Below, in pieces: positions 11,941 to 24,732 of a stretch of DNA of 64,000 nucleotides (positions are counted from its first letter, which is position 1; every line of letters begins with the position of its first letter). The notes beneath the pieces were generated by a model, which was not told the origin of the DNA, made no database searches, and was given only the letters and a program-made list of their open reading frames with translations. The DNA is taken from positions 124,001-188,000 of the forward strand of contig KE561117.1 of the NCBI GenBank assembly GCA_000442015.1, read 5' to 3'. A program made the translations under genes and the position numbers. This DNA is from Rozella allomycis CSF55. Its lineage: Eukaryota.

Positions 11941-14653
11941 TTAATTTAATTGAGCATCTTTGCAAATAATTGGACCGCTGCCTTGGAGCTCCGGGTCTTT
12001 TGACCTGCAGTAACACATAGATTCCAAACCTTTCCAATTATTAACCAAGGGCAAATTATCATGTAGTATGGCGACTCTAGCTATTTTTTCGTATACTAAA
12101 TATTGTGCTATCTTGTTATTAAATACTAAATCTTATTTACCTGTGCCGCGCGTAGTTTATCGTTACAAACAATTGCCACATACCTCAAACCTGTTTTTCT
12201 AATTTCATTAGCCAAATCAAAACCTGAATCCACGGAAAAGTGGAAAGACCCACTAATGTGGCTGTCAAAGAACCTTTTAGATGTACATGAAATAAAATAC
12301 TCTATTTTAGGTCTAATATCGATTATGTAACAACTTTCTTTCATAAAAAGCAAGTCATCAATTGTTATTCTCGGAGAAATCTCAGCTTTTCTGGTTGACA
12401 AGTCAATTGGAAACGATACGTCTTCCTCTCTGATTTTTACAGCTGCAGGAGGAGTTATTCTACAAAGGCTGATTGCTTTTTGCAGACATTTGTAAATATC
12501 TATTTCTGGAAATTCTGAGAAAAATGAAATGCATTCATTAAAGTCAGATCTCAATAAAAGATCTCTGAATTCCTCAATGATTGATAATCCAAAGAATAGA
12601 GGTAATGATTTGGGTGACACAAGAAAAGCATCCCATATATGGTATATTTTTTCCAGGGGAATTGCATCTAAAAATGATCAAGACAAAACAAACAAATTAC
12701 GAGTGAATAAAGTTAGAAACCAGGGTATAGCATATAAATCTGGTAAAAATCCAATGGCGTGTAAATGTGAATTCAACTGGGGGTCATGGAAGGAGATAAG
12801 GTGATTGAAGAGAGCCAAATGGTCATGAAGAGTTTGAGAATTATCATTTTTGAAGAAATTTTTTAAAAATTTGGATATAAATTTTTGAGCCGCCAAATAT
12901 GCAAGCTTGTCGTCATGAAACAACAAGGTGACGAATGGAGCGGCAACAGAGTCCATTCCTTTGAATTTTCATTAAAAATATTACCTTGCCAATAAACCAA
13001 CCCATTTTCTGGTTTAACAAGTAATTTTAGAAGTTTTTTCAATTTCTCATGGCCCACGGGATTGTTTAATAATGGATGGTATTGGTGGCATCGTGGGACG
13101 TCAACTTCAATCAAAAATTAACGTCAATGTTTAATTACCTGTCTTATTGTTGGAGAATCATCACCAATAGTGCAATTGAAATCTGATTTCGACAAATCCT
13201 CTTTGGTCACACCAAGTAATGTTGCCCAAATGATCCCGCGTATTTTTGGTGGAATATCTTTTCTTGATTCAAGTTTTATTTTATCGACATTATCCAAATT
13301 GCCAACATCATTCAACAAACTTTGAAATTTCTTTAGCCGATAATATTGATATTCGGGATCGATTTCTTTAACAAGCAAGGGTTGTTTAGACATTTTAGCT
13401 TCTAATGATAAATCTTCTTCGCTGGTATCTATTATCTTGTCCACTGGAAAGGTCACATCCCCCGTGTCTACTTGAACGTACTCTGTTTCGATATTTAAAT
13501 GATCCATCGTATCAGTGAAACTATGCGAAAGAATCCTGTTACGCAATTTATTAAGGTAGATAATTATGCTTTGCACTCCTGGATGCTTTTTATAGTCGTC
13601 CTTTTTTAGTTCAACGTGGTTTTCATGCTGAACAAAATATGGCAGGTTTAAGATTGGCGGCAGGTCTTTGATAAGCCCATGTAATTTGAATTCACCATCA
13701 GGATCCCCGCCACTCAACTTCCAGCAATGAATCAAAAATTCAGTCGGAAAATTGGCAAAAACATCATTTTCAATAAATATTGGCTCATACAATGGCAATG
13801 TGAAATCCTTAAACAATCTCAGGTTGAGAAGCGATGGAATATCAAGCCTTTCATTTTCTACTCTGAGCGTGGAATGAAAAAACTCTAACCATTCATCTGA
13901 TTCAACCTTATCTAATAAATCCATTAAAGCCTTTAAAAGACCTTCTTTAATTTCTCCAATCTTTTTTGAAAGTGTTTTGGCCTTTTGAATCAAAACAAGT
14001 GAAATTATTATATCTGAAGTCAAATATTCGTCTTCAATAAATGTAAATTTTGTAATAAGAAATAAAAATAAAATAGAAACAGAGAAAACGTCAGATTTCG
14101 GACTAACTCTTTGATACAACAATGTTTCAGGAGCTACAAATGGAAGACACCTCGTCAATGTAATTCATTTACATTTACCCCATTGGAAAGTCTACATGGT
14201 GACCATTTTCAGTTATTTCATAGATAATATGTCTGGAAATATAAACATCGCCCTTTTGCTTTTCATGCCTTATCTTACCTGCTGAGACAATTGAATGGCA
14301 TCGAATGAAATATTTCCATGTACGAACCCCAATTTATGCCACTCGTTCAAACGATTCAAAACTTGAAATAGGAGGTAGTTTGGTGGAGAATCAGAATCAG
14401 TCAAAGAAAACACCTGCCTTTCTCTAAGCAAATATATCCGTTCAGTTGTTAATTAACAAGAAATATTACCTTGAGATACTGTACAATCATGATATGTCAA
14501 AAAGCCATCAATCTTTGGTATGGCTTGGACTATTCCATAAAAGCGACCGTAAATACAAGAAGCGGATGACGGCAAAGCTAATCCGTTCGGTCCGCTTTGG
14601 TCCAAAAATTTTTTAGAAGCAAGAAATGATTCAACTTCAAAAGATTCATTCAT
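11941..14653 (-). CDS. TBCK: TBC-domain-containing (pseudo)kinase: kinase-like + Rab-GAP TBC + rhodanese
   Basis: GPNGLALPSSA N-terminus, FVAPE, DIPPKIRGIIWATLLGV, IEVDVPRCHQYHPLL, YWQG.DS, PDLYAIPWFLTLF and rhodanese IIDIRP...HISGS. Confidence 0.92.
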
Positions 14654-14674
14654 TTCTGAAATTTACAAATTTAT

Positions 14675-15669
14675 TTAATTGTACACCTTTGGAGATAATT
14701 TTTCAAACCATAACTTCATGTCGTATTTTCTCGGCCTGTTTGGGAAATGGACGCTAAAAGTTGTTCCAGGTATGTAACACTCATTGTATGTGTGCATTAT
14801 GAATGATGGAACAAAATACACTTTACTTCTCCATCTTGGATTACGATAGAGCTCTTCCATAGCATCTTGCTCTGGTACTAATGATTCTTTATACTTCGAT
14901 TTGAGTTCTCGCCACTCTTGAAGCATGGAGAGGCCGTATATGCTATTTTTGATCATAAAGAATCCCGATCGAATTCCTCGAGTTTGAGTGTATTGTAAAG
15001 GTCTTCCACACTCTACAACTGCAACCCTATCCTATTTAACATTTTAGTCCATTACATATGGTACTTTTCTGATTCCTCCTTTGGCGGCAAAAACGCCTCT
15101 AATCGGGTATCGAAATTGATAAAGAGAACATCCAAGTCTGTCCAAAGAATCCAAGAATATTGATTCTGTTTCAAATAAATCTCTATTATGTCCAATTTTT
15201 TCCAATATATTTCGGTAGGAAAAGTAACATTCATTAGGTAATTTTGATGCATGAAAAAGAAAGGGTATTTGTGCTTATGAGAATATAAGAGTATATTTTC
15301 CAGACCATATTTGTCGAATAAATTCATGACTTCCTTATTATGTACAGAATTTTCCATTGATTCAGATCTTGAAAAGGGATTTGACGTCATCATTGTTACA
15401 ATCGCAATATTCTCAACATAAGGATTTAGAATAGGCCTCTTTTCTAATACCACCTTTTGATCGAATCGGTTTTTAAATAAAAGTATCTCGTCATCATTAC
15501 TGACTTCAATCGAATAGTCTCTAAACTTCTTTGTATAAGCTCTGATTGACAGGCCGTTATCTATATAGTCAATCGTAAAATAATCAATTAGAATTGATGT
15601 CAAATTAAATGTCAAATAAATCGCTGCTATTAATAGCAATAAAATTTTTGGTCGTATCAGTCTTGTCAT
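14675..15669 (-). CDS. GT34 (MNN10/GMA12-like) type II membrane glycosyltransferase
   Basis: N-terminal TM anchor, Y..KHKY, WKKLDII, WILWTDLDVLFIN (DxD), EQDAM and VHFP. One intron. Confidence 0.8.
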
Positions 15670-15736
15670 AGAAATTTCTTAAAGCTACGAGGCTAAAAGT
15701 AAAGCTACTCTCTAAAGAATTTTATTCAAGTATAAA

Positions 15737-16573
15737 TTAAACGTCAGGAATTTCAAGCCAATCTGTGGTGGTTTTTGTAACACGCTTCCTCCCATCGAGC
15801 AATTTGCGAATAGTTAAACTGACTCTGACATAATCGTCATCTCTTCTCACTGGTGTGTTATCAGGATAGCGTATCCATTTTGCATTTGATATTCCATGGC
15901 GCCAAACATATCTGGCATCAGTTTGCATTACAAATAAACTTCCTGGCTCCAAAAAGACTTTTGTTTGTTTCAAAATGGATTTGCAGACATTATTTTGTCT
16001 TTCAGGTAGCTGCAGATTCAGCCATATTGGTTTTCCTAGTGAAATCGTCGCAATTGTGTCCCCAAACGCTTTATCATCATCATAATGGTTGGAAATGCCC
16101 ATTGGCCCACTGTACTCGTTCACTAATATTTGCGTCGGTGGATCTTCTTTAGTGAAAAATCCAGCGTTAATCAATTTTTCAATGAGTGAGTCGAATAATT
16201 TCAGTGGTAATGCTTTAGGAGCTTCCTTTCCAGTCCAGCATCTCTTCATATCACCATTTTCAACTTTAAGATCTGCAACATTATCATTTTGAGAATCCAA
16301 CTGAGTTTGATTGTCAAGTGGTTGAAGTGAGCTTATATTTGGCGTTGTATGATAGTAAGTTTCTCCGTAAAATTGTTGTCTTCGATGAATAACTGTAGAA
16401 AATGGATTAGAGTACACAGTGTCCCAGATTTCTTTTTGTTCGTCCACGGTTAGAAAGTCAGATATATACGACATCCCTTTTATAGGCAAAACATCTGGAT
16501 TGGTAACGTATGTTTTAATCGAAGGTACAAAATGGATAGGATGAACTGGGATATTATTCGGCTTTGGTGTCAT
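15737..16573 (-). CDS. AlkB-family 2OG-Fe(II) dioxygenase
   Basis: YISDFLTVDEQ, RRQQFYG, ILVNEY...GISNHYD, TISLG, RYVWRHGI and RVSLTIR: intact HxD...H and RxxxxxR motifs. Confidence 0.88.
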   Translation of the reverse strand: MTPKPNNIPVHPIHFVPSIKTYVTNPDVLPIKGMSYISDFLTVDEQKEIWDTVYSNPFSTVIHRRQQFYGETYYHTTPNISSLQPLDNQTQLDSQNDNVADLKVENGDMKRCWTGKEAPKALPLKLFDSLIEKLINAGFFTKEDPPTQILVNEYSGPMGISNHYDDDKAFGDTIATISLGKPIWLNLQLPERQNNVCKSILKQTKVFLEPGSLFVMQTDARYVWRHGISNAKWIRYPDNTPVRRDDDYVRVSLTIRKLLDGRKRVTKTTTDWLEIPDV

Positions 16574-16677
16574 AAAATTTGTATTTTTTTCCCAAGCCAC
16601 TTTTTTGAAGATTATTATATTTCAAGCTTAAATTACAAAACTATATTAAACATGTAAACATTAAAGCCACTGTTTTG

Positions 16678-17823
16678 ATGAAGGTCCATGTCAGGCTAAC
16701 TGGCATTTGCGTTTTCATGCTTGGATATTTATGTTTCTTTGTATTTCTATTTAAAAGGGACGAAAGGATAAGCAGCCTATCTAGCGTAGATAAAATTATT
16801 CGATCCAAATCATCGACAACTTCATATTACGACAGAGCTTTGTTCCATTCTGTTGGCTACAAGAAACTCAAATTGTTATTTTATTCAAATGAAAAACTAG
16901 ATAAAATGGCTTTCCAATTAAAAGCTGAAAAATCATCTTTCAAAGTGCATGTTGAACAAAGGCAAAAAGAATTTCATTGTGACAGGACCTATAAAGGACG
17001 TACTATCATGTTTTATGCAAGATATAGACGAAATTTATTTCATACATTGAATGATTCACTAATGAATATTTTTGCTCTGTCAAAGGAGTTCTTTAATGGG
17101 CAACCCGTATCAATAGTGAGTCTGAATAAGGATCCAATTAGCTCATGGCCTTTTGGCTATTTTTTCAAAAACTACACAATTATAGAATTGCCACAAAATA
17201 CAGATGAAACAGTTTGCTTTGAATCATTAGCGATAGGATGTTCACCTTACCTAGATGCGTACACTACTTTGATGAAACCACAATGGATGAAAGAGTTTAG
17301 AAAGACCTTTTTAGATAATTTAAAAGGCCCAGAAACACATTCAAATGAAATAGCGGCTTTAAAAGAAAACATCGCCTACATTGTCAGTCGAAAGAAGAAC
17401 AGAAGAATAATGAATGAAAATGAAATTATATCTTTATTGAAAAAATACGGATACTCTGCATCCCTACTAAAGCCCGAAAAGCATAAACCTTACGAAATCA
17501 AGACAATCCTATCCAAAGCGAAATTGCTGATCGGCGTGCACGGAGCTGGATTGACAAACATGATTTTCCTTTCTGAAAAAGCGTCGATAATTCAAATTTA
17601 TCCGTATGGAATGAAAATAGACGAAAACGGCATTATTTACAAGAGACTTGCTAAATCTTTAAATTTGAATTATTATGAATGGTATAACAAGCATATAAAT
17701 AACACATTTTCTTCAAAGATCAATGGGTTTAATGATTTTGATAAGAAGAATCAAGATACGATTGTTGACGTGGTGGAGTTTGAGAGGATTGTGCAGAAGG
17801 CTCTTTTGAATACAAATAAATAA
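16678..17823 (+). CDS. GT61 (DUF563; EOGT/POMGNT2-like) glycosyltransferase
   Basis: N-terminal TM, NLFHTLND, VCF, SRKKNRRIMNENE and LLIGVHGAGLTNMIFL signature. Confidence 0.88.
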   Translation: MKVHVRLTGICVFMLGYLCFFVFLFKRDERISSLSSVDKIIRSKSSTTSYYDRALFHSVGYKKLKLLFYSNEKLDKMAFQLKAEKSSFKVHVEQRQKEFHCDRTYKGRTIMFYARYRRNLFHTLNDSLMNIFALSKEFFNGQPVSIVSLNKDPISSWPFGYFFKNYTIIELPQNTDETVCFESLAIGCSPYLDAYTTLMKPQWMKEFRKTFLDNLKGPETHSNEIAALKENIAYIVSRKKNRRIMNENEIISLLKKYGYSASLLKPEKHKPYEIKTILSKAKLLIGVHGAGLTNMIFLSEKASIIQIYPYGMKIDENGIIYKRLAKSLNLNYYEWYNKHINNTFSSKINGFNDFDKKNQDTIVDVVEFERIVQKALLNTNK

Positions 17824-18297
17824 TGTTTAATCGATATATCAATTGGTTGGGCTTTTGAACGATGAGGTCGACAATTTAGCTTAGGTATTGATTTACCCAT
17901 AGCTGACCGTTAAGAAAGGAAAGACATACATGTATTGTGTAGCACTAGAGGCTTTTTTGCATCGAGAAGATTTAGTAACAATTCTTGCAGTTCTTTAAAC
18001 GCTCAACATAAAGTCCGATGTCAAAAGGGGACAGGGGTATCACTGCAATACTGCATGCATGCAATCACCATAACCCGGTTTAGTCCTTCGCATCGAATCT
18101 TAAATAAAGTCAGCTATACTCAAAGCAGTATTATGTTACAGATGATCTTGGACAATCCTAGTAACGACTTGTGTTTCTGAGCCAATTACCCTGGCAATAA
18201 GTGAATAATAATAGTCTCTAAAGACAAATGCTTAAAACATCAAGGTTTATCAAAGTCTAATGCGACGTATAAACAATGAAGCAAGAGTCTAAAGTTT

Positions 18298-20904
18298 ATG
18301 AATCTTTTACAACTAGAAAAATACGAAGAACAATTTCCCAAGCGAACATCAGTATCGAGTGTGGGACTACCAATAAATGTGACTGTGAATGTGATGCCGG
18401 TGGATGTATTATTCAATCAAACGATATATCACTATGATGTAAAATTTTACGGTGGCAAGAACTGGACTCAATTGAAAAAGGACTTGAGGTTTGGAAATAT
18501 TTACATGTATATGTAGGAAACTTTTCCAGTTGCTGTTGCGTGATGCAAAGAGTCCGTTGTATGGCCGCAAAGTAGCGTTTGACGGAGCGTGCAATCTGTA
18601 TGCCCGGGAGCCTCTCGTTGATGAAATGGAAGGCGAGTGTGAAGATGAGCGTTCAAAGTTTAGGTATAAGATAGTGAAAGCGCAGGTGATTCNTTTAGGT
18701 ATAAGATATTGAAAGCGCAGGTGATTCCGCTGAGTATTTTGGGAGACTTTTTGTCGAGAAAGACGAATTATACGCCGCATCAATGTCTGCAGGCGCTTGA
18801 AGTGATAATAAAGGACATTCCGTCGTGCAAGTAAGTGATGGTGTTGAAATTTAAAGGTTTACTGTAGCGAACAGATCGTTTTTTACAGAGTCTGGAAAAC
18901 AGATTGGCCGGGGGTTGGAACTTAGGCAGGGGTTCTATTTGTCGTTGAAGATATCGAGCCGGAGTATAATATGCAATGCTGATTTGGTGTATTCTATATT
19001 TTACCAGTCGATTACGTGTGACAAGATGATATTTATTGTTTTGAGAAAGGAAGTGCAGAGTTTGACTGAGAGTGAAATTGGTGTGTGTAGTAGAGCGTTG
19101 AAGAATGTTAAGGTGTTGCATAAGCATTTGCCGAGAAGGAAAGTGAGTTCAGCTAGGGGATTGACGAGGGATCCTGCGTCGAGGATAATATTTAAAGTTG
19201 AAGAGGAAAAGATTAGCGTTGTTGAATATTTCAAGACAAAGTATGGGATTGAATTGAAGTATCCAAATTTGCCGTGTATTGAGATGGGGTCGGAGGAGAG
19301 AAGAATTAATGTTCCAGTTGAGTGTTGTTTAATAGTTCCAAATCAAAAGTATGTTGGGCAGGTTGGAGAAAATGAAACAGCAGAGATGATTGCAGCGTCG
19401 AATAAGAGACCGCAAGAGAGAATGAAGGAAATCCAAAAGCAATATTTTAATATGGCTAAAATGTTGAGTGAACCATTGAAAGAGTTTGGAATTGAATTAG
19501 GAAATGAAATGAAGAATGTAATTGCGCATGTTATTGAACCTCCATTGATAAATTATGATAAAAGCGTTAAACCAAATAACGGGGGTTGGAATTTGAGAGG
19601 TTTGAAATTCTTTAATTCACCAAAAATTGATTCATTTTCAATTATTAATTTTTCAAATGAAAATGATTCTAGAAATCTACAAAAGTTTCTTGAAATGTTT
19701 AAACAAACAAGTCAGAGGCAGGGGATGAATTTGCCAAGAGATTTTCCACCATTAATAAACTGTGATTCCACTACGAGTATTAAACGATGCATTGAACAAG
19801 GCATTGAAGCAGCATTAGCAAAATATAATTCAAAATGTCAATTTTTGTTAATTCTTCTTCCATCTCAAAAGAATATGGAGCTTTACAATCAAATAAAGTT
19901 TCTGTGTGATGTTGTTTATTGTATTCCATCGCAATGTCTCAATCCAAAGAATTTAGCTAGACCAAACCCTGGTCTATTGTGTAATATTTTATTGAAATTG
20001 AATTCAAAACTTGGTGGAATCAATATGACTTTGGGTGAACAACTAAGATTTGTTTATGAGAGGCCCACGCTTGTTATGGGGGCTGATGTGAGTCACTCTG
20101 TAGCTGCATCAGACACTCCAAGCATTGCAGCCATCTGTGGTAATTTCAAGTCTTTAATTCAAAAGGATCATTTGACAGAAACGCTGTAAAGTATTGCACA
20201 ATAGTTGAAAGTCAATCCCCGCGTCAAGAAGTCTTGGAAAACTTAAAATCAATGTTTACGAAACTTTTAAAAAACTTTTATCAAATGACGCGAGGCACAA
20301 AACCAGAAAGAATTTTATGCTACCGCGACGGTGTCAGTGATGGACAATTCGCAAGTGTTCAGAATTCAGAGTTACTGGCAATGAAACAAGCATGCAAAGA
20401 GTTGGAAGCTTCTTACAATCCCAAAATTACTTTTATTATTGTTCAAAAGAGACACAGAATAAGATTTGCGCCGATTGAGAGGAAAGATTCTGATAAAAGT
20501 GGTAATGTTCCTTCTGGGACTCTGCTCGACACAGGTATTCAAATATCATAATTAATAAAGGTATTCAACTATCATAATTTTAATAAAGAAATTACGAATC
20601 CAAAATACTTTGATTTTTATCTTTGCTCACACAGCGGACTCATTGGTACTTCCAGACCAGTTCATTATCACGTTGTTTATGATGATTATGGATTTGAAGC
20701 CAATCAAATTCAGCAAATTACTTTTCAACTTTGTCACATGTAATCATATTTTTATGCATTTGTAGATATGCAAGAAGTACAAGGACTGTTTCTATTCCAG
20801 CGCCTGTCTATTACGCTCATTTGGCAGCTCACAGAGGGAATGGCCATTTTAAGGCAAGTGGGGCAGTCAATTCAAATGTTGTCAATAAATTATACTTCAT
20901 GTAG
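18298..20904 (+). CDS. AGO: Eukaryotic Argonaute (N-PAZ-MID-PIWI); start approximate
   Basis: [91 protein letters not shown] and C-terminal LYFM. Confidence 0.96.
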
Positions 20905-21022
20905 CTTAAGCAATTTATGTAGAATTTAGAATAACAATAATTTTATCCTCAACCAAAATATATCTTTATCATGTTCAAAACTTCAATGCTCATAACTTTC
21001 CATTATATCAAATCAATTTTAT

Positions 21023-23070
21023 TTATAGAAAAGTCAGTTTCGACGACCACACAGAACTTCCTTCATTATCCACATTTTCTCTTCTTGGTCGCTGAATAGG
21101 CGCTACTTCAGCTTTTTTAGATTTACTAAAAAACGAATCATCCGCCGAAAACAAATCATGCGGAAGAAAACTACTAGATACATCCAAAAAGTCAAGTGGC
21201 TTGGTAGAATCACTCAGAAAATCTGGAGAATTAGTTCGCTCTTTCAACGATGGCGGCACAATTGGATCAAACGGAACATGCGATGAATGAAACTGCGAAT
21301 GCGGCAAATGCATCATTGGTGGATACTGAAAAGTTCCTGGAATGGGAAACGGCGGCGGAATCATCATTGGAACAGGATTGCTTCTCGGTGGCTGCGAAGG
21401 AACCTTTTTGAAATCATTCGCGAAATGAGACGGGAAGAATCCAGGTGGCGCTGGGACAGGTGATTGTCTGGGTGAGGCAAACGATGAGGCACCTGATTGC
21501 TTGTCCAAGGATGGATCGTTTTCAGAATGCGCGCCAAAAAATTCTGTCACACTCTGAGCCACTGAAATATTGGATTTTTCACAATTCTCCTTTTCTTCCA
21601 TTGACGCTTTAATACTTACATTGGCAATCTTTCCGCTGAGAGAAATAGGCTTTTCAGACTTTGGTTTGGTTTCCAATGGAACATCATTAGGTTCATTTTC
21701 AATTACTTTGAGAACGGTTGGCTCCAAGGGACTATCAGTCTTTTCACCAGCGTCTTTCTTCTTCTTTTTCTTCTTTTTCTTTTTCTCTTCAGTTTGCGCT
21801 TGTTCTAAAGCTAATTGTTCTAATCTCTTTGCCATTTCTTCTTCCCGCGCCTTTCGCTCCTTTTCCTCCTTTTCAAGTTGACGAAGCCTTGCCTCTTCTT
21901 TCTGCCTTTGTTTTTCCAATCTAGCCTTTTCTTCTTGCTCTTTCTTCTCCTTTTCTTTGGCCAACTTTTCTTCCATCTTTTGCTGCTTGATTTGCCTACT
22001 TTAATCAAAATAATTCAATTTACTTTTTTCTCTCCTTTTTCTTCAACTTTTGCTTTTGTTTATTCAGCTCCCTTTGTTGGTTCAACAATTCCTCTCTTTC
22101 AACTTCCTCCAACAATTGTCTTTGTTTTTCTTGTGCCACCTTTTAAAGTCAAATTTATTCGTTACTCTTTCTCTATACGCGTTTAAAACTCGCTGTTCAA
22201 ACATTTTAGCAGCAAAAACTTGAAACATTTTCCTGCCTTCTTCTAAACTTCGTTCTTCCTCAGCATTGTCAAACTCTTCATCATCGCTAAGTCCTTCTTC
22301 AGCGTATTGGTCAGATTCATAATCTTCAGAATCATACTCACTTTCGCTCTTTTCTTCCTCGCAATGATGAGGCTGCATTTCACGTGAATGGCGACTTTGC
22401 ATCTTCATTCGACGTTGAGCAAATCCTTCAAGCATCTTGAGCATTTTTGAACCCCTGTTGTTAGTCAAATCTTCAGCAATTGACATTATTGCGTCTATTT
22501 TATTATTTTCTTATTATTTACTATTGACTGCCTTGCCCATAAACATTTTAGAAGAATCTCTTATACCCAATGCCATTGACAATGGAAGAGGAAGTCGTTG
22601 ATCTTTAACTACTTTTGTATACATTTCCAACTCTTCATAGTAAGCGTCATAAAGCATCTCGATTTCTTCTTCAATCATCACCCTTTTAATTCCAAAACAT
22701 CTATTTACTTTTGACGTCCACAAGAAGAGCAATCACATTTTTCAGTTTTATGCTCTAAAAGTCTCTTTAATACGGCCTCTTTTTCCATATCAACAAGTGA
22801 TTTTCTCTCATTTTGACTAAGAGATAGCCAAAATTCTCGTATTTTTGTTCTTTCATCCTCGGCTTCATCCTGCTCTTCCACTTCCTCATTTACCAAATTG
22901 CTACCATTTTTCTTTTTATTTTTCTTGGATTTTTGAGATACTTGGACACACTGCTCTTCGTATGTCCCAAAAGACCCAAATAATTCTTCATCTTCTTCAG
23001 AATAAAATTCAGAATCTGAATCATCGTCTATTAAAGACGGTAAAGTCTCGTCCACTACGTTTCTAGTCAT
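21023..23070 (-). CDS. NST1: Stress response protein NST1
   Basis: [12 protein letters not shown]...[31 protein letters not shown] and [25 protein letters not shown]; charged coiled coil and Pro-rich tail. Confidence 0.9.
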
Positions 23071-23342
23071 CCTTTTTCAACCCCGGTTATGAATCGTGGC
23101 TAAGCTCGGAATGAAACAACCTCCTGTTTCATTGTTAATTTTAGATTACTTGGTAATAGATAGAAGTTTAAAGAGAATAAATTTTGGCTGGTCTATGTCA
23201 TTTTTGTCAGTTTTATGAGGGTTGGAATAGGGATCACACGCAAAGGATATTAATGCGTAATTAAAAGCTAATTGATTTTCAAATATTTTTATTTACTCAT
23301 TTTTAGCGTCAAATTAGGAAAGTTTCGAAATTGTAAATTCAC

Positions 23343-24533
23343 AATGTCCAATACAGTCCCAAAAATTATTTCAGGATCTAGCATTCCTAGAAAAATCAAG
23401 GAATTTACCTTTCCTACCACAAAAGAATTGGTCGACCTGTACAAGGTTCGCGCGACAAGTAAATTATCGCAAAATTTCATCTTCAACCCGAAAGTACTCG
23501 GTATGAACATTGATTCGACCATATAGACAAAATAGCATATACTCTGGGGCCTGACTTGTCAGACAACTTTATCATGGAAATTGGTGCTGGTCCAGGAACA
23601 ATTACAAAGTCTATCTTGAATCGAGCAATTCAATACGACAATTGCAAGGTGAGCTTGGTGGAGAGGGATAAAAGATTCGTACCCATTCATGAAGTAATGA
23701 AGGAATGCTACCCAGAAAATGCATATCAGATGGTTTACAATGATATTTTGAAATGGCCAGACGTAGAAAACGAAATTATAAATCATTGGAACACTTTACA
23801 GCCAGGATATTTTAACAGTAATCTTCCAGGTAAACTTTACGTGTTGTTTATGATTAGATGCAAATCGGGTTCAAGTCATTGGAAATTTGCCTTTTAATAT
23901 CGCTTCACCTTTAATAATATCGATGTTGCGAAGAATGTCACATAATGAAGGTTTCCTTGGGCATCCGAATGTTGATTTGCTTTTGATGTTCCAAAGAGAT
24001 GTTGCAGATGTAAAGNATGTTGCAGATGTAAAGTTTTCACTGGTTAATTTTGTAGAGATTCCATGCTACTCCTCATAATAGGGTTATAAGTAGACTAACG
24101 ATTGTGAGTCAATTCGTATGTGAATCGAAAATTGAACTAAAACTGAAGGCGGGATCCTTTACACCCGCACCAGAGGTAATCTACAAACATTTTTATCCTC
24201 AAGGTTGACGCCGCTCTTGTTCGATTCAAGAAGAGAGAAAAGGTTCTCGACGAGAGAATTGAATTCGAAGAACTTGAGAAAGTGGCTACCTATGCATTCA
24301 ATAATAGGAGGAAGACTTTGACGAATAACTTTAAAAATATCTTCAAGGATACAGAAAAAGAATTGAAAGAATTAAATATGAATCCAAAAGATAGGCCAGA
24401 GGATTACGATACGGACAAATATTGTCTGCTTACTAGATACATAAAAGACTTTTATCCCAAATTCATGAAAGCGCATATTAATCAATTACTTCAGAATAAA
24501 TTCAAGAGACCACTTGAAGAAATTGAAATATAA
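23343..24533 (+). CDS. TFB1M: Mitochondrial KsgA-family dimethyladenosine transferase / transcription factor B (TFB1M-like)
   Basis: LYKVRA..KLSQNFI, EIGAGPGTITKSIL, VERDKRF, IGNLPFNIASPL, LMFQRDVA, SFTPAPEVD and FNNRRKTL. Confidence 0.85.
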
Positions 24534-24732
24534 TAAATTGAATCTTATTTTAATCACCCGGGTATGGACTCCGGAGAAATGTCATTTTTCAAAATATTCA
24601 TTAAGTTGGTTAATAATCTATTATCTACCCTTTCACTGCACTGTTGAAAAATTCAAATGTCAAACTTATACATGATTCCTTGTTGATACGCTACTGTTAT
24701 AATATTTTTGTTTACAATTGCCGTTTCTATAA

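Noticed and set aside
18298-20904. Argonaute as a prokaryotic pAgo defence system with neighbouring genes
   Set aside because: Eukaryotic AGO-clade motifs and introns; the neighbours are unrelated housekeeping genes.
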